Shown one piece after another: positions 29,133 to 38,127 of a stretch of 64,000 bases of DNA. Origin of the DNA: an uncultured delta proteobacterium (GTDB lineage: Bacteria > Desulfobacterota > Desulfuromonadia > Geobacterales > DSM-12255); NCBI GenBank assembly GCA_963787125.1, contig CAWBBV010000006.1, positions 1 through 64,000 of the forward strand, given 5' to 3'. The first letter of the stretch is position 1, and each line of letters starts with the position of its first letter. A model generated the notes under the pieces. It saw only the letters and a program-made list of their open reading frames with translations, had not been told where the DNA came from and searched no databases. The translations under genes and the position numbers were made by a program.

Positions 29133-29911
29133 TGACTATCAGCATTCGCCGGGCCTACCCGGTCATGATAATCCTGACCCTCGCGCTGACCCTTGCCGGT
29201 TGCGCCACAACTTCTACCAACCTCCCTCCCGAGGAACCAGCCATGCATTCGGTGAAGGAATTTGCTGATGACGAGAATATTATTGTTAGTGACCCCATGG
29301 AAGGCTTCAACCGCAGCATGTACAAGTTCAACTACAACTTCGACAAATACTTATTCCTGCCGGTAGTGAACACCTATGAGTTCATCCTGCCAACCTTTGC
29401 CCAGACAGGAGTATCAAATTTCTACAACAATATTAACGAAGTGCGTACGTTCTACAACAGCCTCTTACAGGCAAAAGGGATGAAATCCCTGACAACGCTC
29501 GGGCGGTTTGCCACCAATACTACCATCGGCATCGGCGGCCTCTTCGACCCTGCCACCAGCTTCGGGATGAAGCGACAGAATGAGGACTTTGGTCAGACTC
29601 TTGGCGCCTGGGGTGTACCGGCCGGTCCGTACCTGGTCATACCGGTACTGGGTCCGGGCACCGTCCGCAGCACCAGCGGCTTCTTAGTGGACAGTGCTGT
29701 CCATGGTGCAATCAAGAGCGCTGTCGATCTTCCCCAGTACTTCACCCCCGAACATAATGGCGATAATCTACTTACCGCATTGACGGTGCTGAAAGCTATC
29801 GACAACCGCCACCAGCAGACCTTCCGCTACCATGACAGCGGCTACGCCTTTGAGTACGAACTGGTACAGTTCCTGTTTCGCCAGAGTCGCGAACTGCAGG
29901 TCATGAAATAA
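29132..29911 (+). CDS. mlaA: VacJ/MlaA-family lipoprotein
   Basis: Lipobox LAGC; DPMEGFNR, NTTIGIGGLFD, EDFGQTL, GPYLVIPVLGP. Confidence 0.92.
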   Translation: MTISIRRAYPVMIILTLALTLAGCATTSTNLPPEEPAMHSVKEFADDENIIVSDPMEGFNRSMYKFNYNFDKYLFLPVVNTYEFILPTFAQTGVSNFYNNINEVRTFYNSLLQAKGMKSLTTLGRFATNTTIGIGGLFDPATSFGMKRQNEDFGQTLGAWGVPAGPYLVIPVLGPGTVRSTSGFLVDSAVHGAIKSAVDLPQYFTPEHNGDNLLTALTVLKAIDNRHQQTFRYHDSGYAFEYELVQFLFRQSRELQVMK

Positions 29912-29918
29912 CCGAAAA

Positions 29919-30019
29919 TGCGTGGCGGAGACTTGGCAGGTCTCCTTCGCCACGCACCTGGTTTCCTGGCAATAATCTGATAAAGGAGGGGTAAACGGCA
30001 CAGCGTTACCCCTCCTTTT
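29919..30019. terminator. Two hairpins between convergent genes; the second is a bidirectional intrinsic terminator
   Basis: TGCGTGGCG..CGCCACGCA (29919-29956) and AAAGGAGGGGTAA..TTACCCCTCCTTTT (29982-30019). Confidence 0.7.
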
Positions 30020-30094
30020 CTGCAGTTGGACTGGTTGCCTGCCGACTGTAACAGAGGGTAACTGAAAAGCCTGAATCTACTATACTATTGGCAG

Positions 30095-30994
30095 CTAAAA
30101 CTTCCGCTTTAAAGGGTCATACTTGTCACATACACCCGTTATATTGAGGGTCTCCTGTGTTGCCAGCCCTGACATTGATTTACCCTCTAATCTCCCGGTC
30201 AATCTGTTAATGTTCAACGAAAGAGTCAAATCCTTGGTTTTATCTGTTTTCACCAGATCAAATGTATCTCCTGCAGTTTTTAACTGATAATTTGTCACAT
30301 GGTTATTGATTGTTCTTATCTCGTTTTTTATTTCATCTATAGTAAAATACATATCATCCAGGCTGATATTATTATCTGGCTTATCTTTGAATTTAATAAC
30401 TCTACAATGAACGCTTGAAGTTTGTGATTTGAGTTTAATTGATTTCTTATTGCCGTAGCTTAAATTTACAACAACTGGCAACAGTCCATTGGTAATACTC
30501 CCGTACACAACATCGAGTTCTATAATCGTATCATTAAAAATCCAGCTTGATGTCTTGTTCACAAAAGAACTCTCATCTCCTATTAAAGATGTACCGTCAT
30601 ATGACACATGTGGCCCACCATATTTGGTTATACACCAATTCAATATCTCATCATAAGATATGATCGGAAAATCTGATGATGAAGTATTGTAAATAGTAAC
30701 GATCTTAAATTTTTCTACGTTATTTGACGCATCTACTGACAATATCAGTTTATTATAGTTATCATTCAGTTTTATATCTGTGGCATAATATCTGAGCCTG
30801 TCGTCTGCTGTAGTTTGCGTCCACTTGGTTGTTTTATATAATGCACTCTCTCCTAAACTTTCCCACCTATAGGAAGACCAGAAGTCTTTATTTTGGACCA
30901 ACTTCATCAATTCGTCTGTTCCTCCATACGAACTGCATGAGAAGCTGAATACAACTATCAGACTAACAATAACAGTGTGATAAATATTTTTCAT
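30095..30994 (-). CDS. Hypothetical exported or lipoprotein, AT-rich
   Basis: Long ORF with an N-terminal hydrophobic stretch and Cys; GAGGGG SD; no family recognised. Confidence 0.6.
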   Translation of the reverse strand: MKNIYHTVIVSLIVVFSFSCSSYGGTDELMKLVQNKDFWSSYRWESLGESALYKTTKWTQTTADDRLRYYATDIKLNDNYNKLILSVDASNNVEKFKIVTIYNTSSSDFPIISYDEILNWCITKYGGPHVSYDGTSLIGDESSFVNKTSSWIFNDTIIELDVVYGSITNGLLPVVVNLSYGNKKSIKLKSQTSSVHCRVIKFKDKPDNNISLDDMYFTIDEIKNEIRTINNHVTNYQLKTAGDTFDLVKTDKTKDLTLSLNINRLTGRLEGKSMSGLATQETLNITGVCDKYDPLKRKF

Positions 30995-31025
30995 GTTATC
31001 CCCTCTCACTTAGAAATCTAATAAA

Positions 31026-32698
31026 CCCGAATCCGCAAACCTTTGCCGGACACATTCATACAGGGTGATTTCGGAGGTATTTTTTTGAGTGAGACCCCAT
31101 TGAGGGGAGTCGAAATCACAGTTTTCAGCAAATTTCAAAAAGTGACGAGCTATTTTCCTCTTCAGGCGGTGTTTTTGCCGAATTAGGGACGAACTGCCAC
31201 CTTGATCTTGTTTTTTGCTCTTTGACAATCTTGTTTTCAGTGTTTCCTTTAGCCGGTTACCGGCTGGAGCCTGCTGATTCTCGCCTGTATTCTGTCAGGG
31301 CGAAGCTTCTCCAGCCACCAGCCGTTGACTTTTAGCAGGTTCTTGCGAGCATGATTGACCACGATTGCCGCACTACGCAGCAGATAATCCTGAATGGTCT
31401 TGATCCGCCGCCGCACTGGTGTTGCCTGACTGTCCGTCTCTATATCACCAGTTTCATCCCGCCACTGCTGGCCCAGCAAAATTAGCAGATTGTAGGCCAT
31501 GGTTCCCAATGTAAGGAATACTTCGTTGACACTGAAGGTCTGGGAGGGAAACCGTTCCAGGTCCAGATCGTGCTTAAGCTCTTTGTTTGCCTCCTCTGCC
31601 GCTCCACGTCCCCGATAGAGTTCGAATGCTCGCTGCGGGGTAACATCTTTGGGCAGGTTGGTGGCCAGTACGTGATAGCGGACATCATTGATCAGCAGTG
31701 GCTCCCCTTTTTCGTCTACAGACTTGATCTGAACGCAGAAGACGAAGCGGCGTGGAATCTTCCAGCCGCTTGGGGTGTACTCGAATTCTCCGTAGAACTC
31801 ACCACCGAAGTCCGTGACTTTGAGGCTCATAACGTCTACATCGAGATTCTCGTTTACCACCCGGTCCAAAGCGCCACTGGTTCGGGCCTTGACCAGATAG
31901 TACGCCCCGGCATCTTCGCTGGCCTGGACAGTTTTGATGCTATAGAGCCCGGCATCGTAGCGAAAGAGGAGCTTGTTTCGATCTATCTTCTCAGGGAGCA
32001 GCTCTGCCGTTTCCCTGATAAAATCGTCAATCCGTTCGACAGCTTTCTCTCGTCCTGGCAACAGCCAGTGATTGATGCAGAACCGTTCGCGACCTACAAC
32101 AGCAAATACGGGGGTATAGCAGAGTTTGCCGTTGTATGTGGTTTGAGCACCTTCTCGTTTGGGCGCAAACTGCTCAAAAATACTTGGATCAATATCGCAA
32201 GGGATGTAACCTTCAGCTCCCGGTTCAGCAGTGATGGTTGCCTGGGAAACAATCTTTGCGCCGACCCGCTTGAGACCGGTTATTTCCTCTTTGCCATATT
32301 TCTCCAGATGCATGGCAACAGCTCGCTCTTTGGGGAGTTTGCCAAAGCCGAGCGATTTCTTGAGCAGTTTCTCTTCCCGTGCCAGCCAGGCAAGATCAGT
32401 GTAACTAGTCCGGCGTAGGGAAATGTTTAGTAACAGCGGGATCAGATGTTCCTCTTCCCGGAAGCCGTAGTCGATCTTCTTGACCCGCACCTCGCTTCTG
32501 ATTGCTCGAATCAAATCGAGACGGCGTATGAGGGTGGTGAGCAACTCCAATCCTGCTACGGAAGTTAGTGTCTGTCGGGCTGCTACATACTGGAAACCAA
32601 GATTGTCTTTCACCATTCGGGTGAACTCCTTCACTGCAATTATGTGAAGGATTATAGCATGTTACGTTACATTAGCCCAATAGTTTTGCGGATTGGGG
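31026..32698 (-). mobile_element. Complete IS1380-family element
   Basis: 14-bp terminal inverted repeats CCCGAATCCGCAAA / TTTGCGGATTGGGG (one mismatch); AT-rich flanks ATAAA / TTAAA; single transposase. Confidence 0.88.
31249..32634 (-). CDS. IS1380-family DDE transposase
   Basis: CDIDPS, RYDAG and YRGRGAAEEANKELK form a DDE arrangement; N-terminal LTSVAGL. Confidence 0.9.
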   Translation of the reverse strand: MKEFTRMVKDNLGFQYVAARQTLTSVAGLELLTTLIRRLDLIRAIRSEVRVKKIDYGFREEEHLIPLLLNISLRRTSYTDLAWLAREEKLLKKSLGFGKLPKERAVAMHLEKYGKEEITGLKRVGAKIVSQATITAEPGAEGYIPCDIDPSIFEQFAPKREGAQTTYNGKLCYTPVFAVVGRERFCINHWLLPGREKAVERIDDFIRETAELLPEKIDRNKLLFRYDAGLYSIKTVQASEDAGAYYLVKARTSGALDRVVNENLDVDVMSLKVTDFGGEFYGEFEYTPSGWKIPRRFVFCVQIKSVDEKGEPLLINDVRYHVLATNLPKDVTPQRAFELYRGRGAAEEANKELKHDLDLERFPSQTFSVNEVFLTLGTMAYNLLILLGQQWRDETGDIETDSQATPVRRRIKTIQDYLLRSAAIVVNHARKNLLKVNGWWLEKLRPDRIQARISRLQPVTG

Positions 32699-32976
32699 TT
32701 AAATATAAAGTGTTATGACTATTTAATTTCAACTGCAACTGTCAACCAAAAATGACGCAGAATGCATAAGACATTATCAGAAAGCTGCATGGCTATTATC
32801 TGCCCGCATGCCAATCCTATGGCCAACTATGAGCATTCAGAGCGCTGGTCCAATCATTTTTTGCATTCTCTTTCCAATGCCTGTCCATCTTGGATCGATA
32901 ATAAAATCAAGTGAAACCTCTGGAAAAACAAGATAATGTGGATATACTTAAACACAAATTCTTAAAGGAGATCGTC

Positions 32977-33537
32977 ATGCGATACCTTTTATTCGGGGTA
33001 CTGTTATCCATCCTTGTTGCAACCGGCTGCACTAACGTCATAAGCGAGCAATCGCGTAAACTTGTTAACACTGACGCAGCCTTTAAAGACGTAAAAGAAG
33101 CTCCGGACAACTATATTGGCAAAAACATATTGCTTGGTGGCCGTATCGCTAAAGTCAGAAACAGTAGCGATGGCGCCCAACTTGAAATAGTTCAGTTTGA
33201 TCTGACTTCTCAAAGCTATCCAGAGGATACCTTCCTTTCATACGGCAGATTTCTGGCAACAAACAGCAGCTACATGGATCCGCTGATATTCAAACAGGGG
33301 ATGCTCATAACAATAGTCGGAGAAGTAAAGGTGAAAAAAACCATGCGGCTTGATGACATGGATTACACCTATCCTGTCATATCAATGCGCGAATGGTATT
33401 TATGGCCAGGTTCAGAGCCTGACAGGGGGTGTTCTGCCTACCCTGCCTACCCTCCACAATATAATCCATACAACTACGGCTACGGTTATGAACCATTTAT
33501 TCAGAGGCCATACAGCCCTATATATTCGCCACACTGA
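32977..33537 (+). CDS. slp: Slp-family outer-membrane lipoprotein
   Basis: Lipobox ATGC; LGGRI, GRFLA..YMDP..F..G..ITIVG, YTYPV. Confidence 0.85.
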   Translation: MRYLLFGVLLSILVATGCTNVISEQSRKLVNTDAAFKDVKEAPDNYIGKNILLGGRIAKVRNSSDGAQLEIVQFDLTSQSYPEDTFLSYGRFLATNSSYMDPLIFKQGMLITIVGEVKVKKTMRLDDMDYTYPVISMREWYLWPGSEPDRGCSAYPAYPPQYNPYNYGYGYEPFIQRPYSPIYSPH

Positions 33538-33606
33538 AATTGGTGGCAATATACATAAGCGCCGCCCTGGAACACCGGCAAGATCTTTTGCAAGTAAACA
33601 AATACA

Positions 33607-33637
33607 AAAAGCCCTCTAAGTTATGCAGAGGGCTTTT
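33607..33637. terminator. Bidirectional intrinsic terminator
   Basis: AAAAGCCCTCT-N9-AGAGGGCTTTT between convergent genes. Confidence 0.8.
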
Positions 33638-33657
33638 CGGGTCAATGTACAGCAAAA

Positions 33658-34350
33658 CTATTTGAGTTCTGCTGCCGGTTCTTCAGGAAGGTTCTCTTCA
33701 ACGGCAGGAGAACGAGTCTGTTTTTCATCAACTTTCTTCTCAATCGACCTATCAGCAGGCTCTTTTGCTGGATCTACACTCTCTTTAGATTGAGCAGAAG
33801 AGCTCTTGAGTTTATCATTAGTGCCTTCATCAACACTTGCTACCGGTTTTGCAACAACAGACCTATGTTCCAACGAAGATTCGGGCCCATTTTTTTGCGC
33901 GGCTTTTTCTGCAGAAACAAGTGCCTGCTTCAATCTCACATTCTCAGCCTGAAGCATGGAAAATGATTCAACCAGAGTTTTGAGGAGGTTTTCCGGCTTA
34001 GCTGCAGTTATCAGCTTCTCATTCTCTTTTTTCAACTGTTCACTATCGGATTTAAGCTTCTCATTGCCTGCCGTAACTTCAGAAAAATCTGCTTCAAGTT
34101 TTTTGAGCTTCAGCATCGTGGCATCTTTATCTTCCGCTAGTTTATTGAGCTTCAGCACCATGGCTTCATTATCTTCCGCAAGTTTTTTGCTCTTTTCCTG
34201 AAGATCACTATAATCACCCTTGGTACTATCAAGTGACTGTTTGAGCTGAATCGATTCCTGTTCTTTAGCCTTATAGGTTCCTGAAGATACGCAGCCACTA
34301 ACTATTAAGACTACAACAGATAAAATTGAAAGTTTTCTCATCATCTCCAT
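33658..34350 (-). CDS. Coiled-coil lipoprotein
   Basis: Lipobox VSGC, long heptad region, low-complexity charged tail; GGAGG SD. Confidence 0.7.
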   Translation of the reverse strand: MEMMRKLSILSVVVLIVSGCVSSGTYKAKEQESIQLKQSLDSTKGDYSDLQEKSKKLAEDNEAMVLKLNKLAEDKDATMLKLKKLEADFSEVTAGNEKLKSDSEQLKKENEKLITAAKPENLLKTLVESFSMLQAENVRLKQALVSAEKAAQKNGPESSLEHRSVVAKPVASVDEGTNDKLKSSSAQSKESVDPAKEPADRSIEKKVDEKQTRSPAVEENLPEEPAAELK

Positions 34351-34382
34351 AAATTCAACCTCCCGGTAAATAATTTCGGTAA

Positions 34383-34455
34383 ATAATAACATCAGCTGTT
34401 AGTTTGTCAATTCAACATAAACGCTGATTGACAGTTATTGATCAGCTTCTATAAT
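34383..34455. promoter_or_regulatory. Back-to-back divergent sigma70 promoters
   Basis: + strand TTGACA(34428)-N16-TATAAT(34450); - strand TTGACA(34410)-N16-TATTAT with an extended -10 TG. Confidence 0.65.
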
Positions 34456-34474
34456 CACAATTACGGGAGACAAA

Positions 34475-35809
34475 ATGACTGATTTGATCGAAAGCGCACG
34501 TACCTACGCAATCAACGCCCACCAAAGGATAAACCAGCTGCGTAAATATACTTTTCAGCCGTACGATGTCCATCTTAAAGCAGTTGCAGACCTTGTGGCA
34601 ATGGTTACAGATGATCAAGAGATGATTGCAGCTGCCTGGCTGCACGATACGGTAGAGGATACACCTGCAACATTCGAAGATCTTGAGCGGGAATTTGGTT
34701 ATGGAGTTACCAGGCTTGTCATGGATCTTACCGATGTAAGTAGACCAGACGATGGCAATCGCGCCACAAGAAAGGAGATAGATAGGGATCATTCAGCCCT
34801 TGCCTCCACAAGAGCCAAAAGCATCAAACTGGCTGATCTGATAGACAACTGCCTTGACATCTGCCGGCATGATCATGCATTCGCCGTAGTCTATCTACAA
34901 GAGATGGTTGACTTGTTGGCAGTTCTCACTGAAGGAGATCAGCGTCTTTACAAAAAAGCACGAAAAACTGTAGAAATTTCAGCTAAAAAGCTACAGATTG
35001 ACGTTCCGCAGCCATCTGAGAATTTTGGTAAACATATCGATTTTAATGTAGGACCATACCAGCAGGGAGAAAGTGACCATGGGATCAGGCTGATTACAAC
35101 TGTTTTCAGCGCCAGAGATATCCTCGAACCGATACATTCATATGACGCGCAGCGACTAAAACCATCACTTTTCAGCGAGATTCTTGCTCTAAAAAGTGGA
35201 GTGATTGGCGTTCGTGACAAAGGTCTTGTAAAGCGCTATCTCCTGGAAGAGGATGTTCGTGCCGGCAGAGTAGTATTGAGAGCAATTGAAAAACGGCAAC
35301 AGGTTGAATTTGATACTCCTCTGGCAACAGTTATCCATGTATTAACAATGTTCTCGTGCTGCTTTGTCATGATTAACAATGAAGCAGTGGGTGTGATTAC
35401 CAGACGGGATATTGAGAAACCTGTTGTACGAATGTGGCTATTCGGGATTATCATTTTGATCGAGATCTTGATGGTAAAACATATAAAGTCAAGCTGGCCG
35501 AATGATGAATGGCAAGCTTTTCTAACAGAGGGGCGGTTGGAAAAAGCGATTGAGCTACAAAGGTTGAGGTATGAGCGCGGCACAAAAGCAGACCTGGTTG
35601 ATTGCCTTCAGTTTTCAGACAAACTGCATATTGCCGTAAACAAGCCGGACTTCATAGAAAGTACAGGATTCCTCTCCAACAAAGCGGCAAAGCGAGCTAT
35701 AAAAGATCTTGAGTCTCTCCGCAACAATCTTGCCCACGGTCAGGACATAACCAGCCAGGACTGGCCGCCGATAGCTCGACTGGCTAGACGTGTGCAGGGG
35801 GTATTCTAG
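34475..35809 (+). CDS. RelA/SpoT-hydrolase-like HD domain with a degenerate CBS region and a HEPN-like C-terminus
   Basis: H..Q.RK...PY..H, LHDTVED, KLADLIDN; VGVITRRDI; LRNNLAH (Rx4H). Confidence 0.7.
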   Translation: MTDLIESARTYAINAHQRINQLRKYTFQPYDVHLKAVADLVAMVTDDQEMIAAAWLHDTVEDTPATFEDLEREFGYGVTRLVMDLTDVSRPDDGNRATRKEIDRDHSALASTRAKSIKLADLIDNCLDICRHDHAFAVVYLQEMVDLLAVLTEGDQRLYKKARKTVEISAKKLQIDVPQPSENFGKHIDFNVGPYQQGESDHGIRLITTVFSARDILEPIHSYDAQRLKPSLFSEILALKSGVIGVRDKGLVKRYLLEEDVRAGRVVLRAIEKRQQVEFDTPLATVIHVLTMFSCCFVMINNEAVGVITRRDIEKPVVRMWLFGIIILIEILMVKHIKSSWPNDEWQAFLTEGRLEKAIELQRLRYERGTKADLVDCLQFSDKLHIAVNKPDFIESTGFLSNKAAKRAIKDLESLRNNLAHGQDITSQDWPPIARLARRVQGVF

Positions 35810-36000
35810 CAAGGCAACTGCTTGACATTTCAGTTACCAGTCAAAAACAACGCAACCGAAATTAAAGGCTTTCCGACCAACAAAACCTCTTAGGTGAAAC
35901 TCGAAGAGCATCGGCAACAGAGGCTGTGGGTTTTACCTCGAACCCGATTCGGACTCGGGACAGTTGCAATATTACTTGCTCTTTCTCGTCATATTAGCCT

Positions 36001-37194
36001 TTAAATTGAAAAATCCTCAATTTTGTTCTCTGTTTTCAGCAACAGCAAATACCCGGCAACACCGGAAAAAAGTGAACCGAGTATAATGCCAAGTCTGTCC
36101 GCATATGAGAAGACCTTGCCATCACTAAAAGCCAACCCGTCGATAAAGAGACTCATTGTAAAGCCGATTCCGGTAAGGAGGGCAACACCGTACAGCTGCC
36201 TCCAGCCGGCATTTTTAGGCATGGTTGCCAGGCCGAACTTGATTGCAACCCAGCTGAAGCCAAAGACGCCAAACTGCTTGCCGATGAACAGACCAAGCAT
36301 AATTCCAAGAGGTACTGGTCCAGACATCTGCTTGAGAGCTATTTCTTGAAGGTTAATACCTGCGTTCACAAAAGCAAAAAGTGGCAGTATCATGAAAGCA
36401 ACCCAGATATGCAGATCGTCTTCCAGACTTTTGGCAAGTGTATGGACAATGCCGTGACGATCTTTACTCTCAAGCGGGATCATGAAGGCAAGTGCAACAC
36501 CAGCAAGGGTTGCGTGAACTCCCGACTTGAGAACTGACACCCAGAGGAAAACTCCGACCATGATATAGGCGCCCCTTTTGACCACTCCGCCGATATTCAT
36601 CAAAGCAAGGATGACAAGGGCCGCAAGCGCAAAAGAGATTGAGATAATAGAAATCTGTTCCGTGTAAAAGAGAGCGATAACAACAATTGCGCCGATATCA
36701 TCGATTATCGCCAACGCCATCAAAAATATTTTCAAAGAAACCGGAACCCTTTTACCCAAAAGGGAGAGTATTCCAAGAGAAAAAGCAATGTCGGTCGCTG
36801 TCGGGATTGCCCACCCTCTCATTGATACCGGATCGTTCCAGTTAAATGCGGCGTAAATCAGTGCAGGAACCACCATGCCACCAAATGCGGCGATTCCTGG
36901 CAGCGCTACCTTTTGCAGTGTTGAAAGATGGCCATTAACAATCTCCTGCTTAACCTCAAGTCCTACAAGCAGAAAAAAAACAGCCATGAGACCGTCATTT
37001 ATCCAGAGCAGCAGTGGCTTGCCGATAAAAAGAGCGCCGAATCTAAGTTCAACAGGGGTGAGCAGCAAGGCATCATAGGCATTGGTCAGAGGTGAGTTCT
37101 TAAGCACCATCGCTGCGATTGTCACAAACATGAGGACAATGCCCGCAGATGATTCCTTCTGAATAAATTCCTCTACTTTATCTTCAATAGCCAC
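36001..37194 (-). CDS. nhaA: Na+/H+ antiporter NhaA
   Basis: WINDGLMAVFF, GWAIPTATDIAF, LAIIDD, GIGFTMSLF. Confidence 0.96.
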   Translation of the reverse strand: MAIEDKVEEFIQKESSAGIVLMFVTIAAMVLKNSPLTNAYDALLLTPVELRFGALFIGKPLLLWINDGLMAVFFLLVGLEVKQEIVNGHLSTLQKVALPGIAAFGGMVVPALIYAAFNWNDPVSMRGWAIPTATDIAFSLGILSLLGKRVPVSLKIFLMALAIIDDIGAIVVIALFYTEQISIISISFALAALVILALMNIGGVVKRGAYIMVGVFLWVSVLKSGVHATLAGVALAFMIPLESKDRHGIVHTLAKSLEDDLHIWVAFMILPLFAFVNAGINLQEIALKQMSGPVPLGIMLGLFIGKQFGVFGFSWVAIKFGLATMPKNAGWRQLYGVALLTGIGFTMSLFIDGLAFSDGKVFSYADRLGIILGSLFSGVAGYLLLLKTENKIEDFSI

Positions 37195-37202
37195 ATCATC
37201 TC

Positions 37203-37517
37203 CTATTTTTGCAAAGGTTCTTCCAGGTTTGTTTCATCCCTGTTGATCGGCAAAATAGGCTTGATCTTCTTTGGTGTGGGCACATTCAATCCAGACTTGT
37301 ATTCATCACTGGTAACCTGCGTAACATCAGAGTGTTGAAGTGTAACTACTGCTGAGCTTTTTTGATCAGTCAGTTTTAAAGCGCCGCCCTTTACCACTTC
37401 AAGCTCGGTAGTATAATAAGTAGCACCGGTTTCCGAATCTTTGACAACGTAATATGTCGTGCACGCAGTTAACGACACAAGCATAAATATGACTGAAATG
37501 GTCACCACAATTCTCAT
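37203..37517 (-). CDS. Small lipoprotein
   Basis: Lipobox LTAC; YYVVKD..TG.TYYT. Confidence 0.65.
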   Translation of the reverse strand: MRIVVTISVIFMLVSLTACTTYYVVKDSETGATYYTTELEVVKGGALKLTDQKSSAVVTLQHSDVTQVTSDEYKSGLNVPTPKKIKPILPINRDETNLEEPLQK

Positions 37518-37763
37518 AAACAGAGATCTCCGGTCATTTTCAATTCGCGATTTAAAACTCACGCTTCATCGTAAAAATCATTCTGATCAATTCGTACTCA
37601 AAGGGCGAACCGGACCGTAGGATCAGGGAATATATCTGGCAAGTTAACCACTGATAATTATCGCAAAACCGGTTTCAAATATTTTCAATTCAGCCGTAAT
37701 TGAAACTTCATTAGAGGCGTAGATGAATTCTGTGAAAAAATTAAAGCATAACTATTCAGGGTG

Positions 37764-38126
37764 TCATTTAAGAAATCTCTTGCCCGAGTTATCAACACAG
37801 ACATCGTCAGACAGATCAAAATCGGAATAACAGCCAAAACAGCGCCCTTGGCAGGAATAATTAAAAGAGTTGCAAGTGGATCCGGCCAGCACCGGACTAT
37901 TGACGGTGATGCTGCCAAGACTCTGCTTGTCGTTCGGATTACCGAGATAGCAGGTGACAGTCAACGTCTGTTCTGGCATCACAGCCTTACTCAAGGGGCT
38001 TGTATTGACTGACGGCAGACTCTGTGGCCCACCGGAGGGTAACGTAGGCAGATTATTGTCCCCAAAGGCAGGCACTGCCGCCAGTAGAAAACCTGCCAGG
38101 AAGAATGGTCGCAAGGTATTGAGCAT
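37764..38126 (-). CDS. Small secreted Cys-rich protein
   Basis: Signal peptide; six Cys in the C-terminal half; starts 1 nt after the OMF stop. Confidence 0.65.
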   Translation of the reverse strand: MLNTLRPFFLAGFLLAAVPAFGDNNLPTLPSGGPQSLPSVNTSPLSKAVMPEQTLTVTCYLGNPNDKQSLGSITVNSPVLAGSTCNSFNYSCQGRCFGCYSDFDLSDDVCVDNSGKRFLK

Positions 38127-38127
38127 G

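Noticed and set aside
31010..31228. 72-aa ORF in the IS tail as a second IS gene
   Set aside because: The equivalent region of the other IS copy has an indel that breaks this frame.
37518..37763. nhaA-associated riboswitch upstream of the lipoprotein-nhaA genes
   Set aside because: No conserved motif or convincing structure was visible by eye; an Infernal/Rfam scan would be needed.
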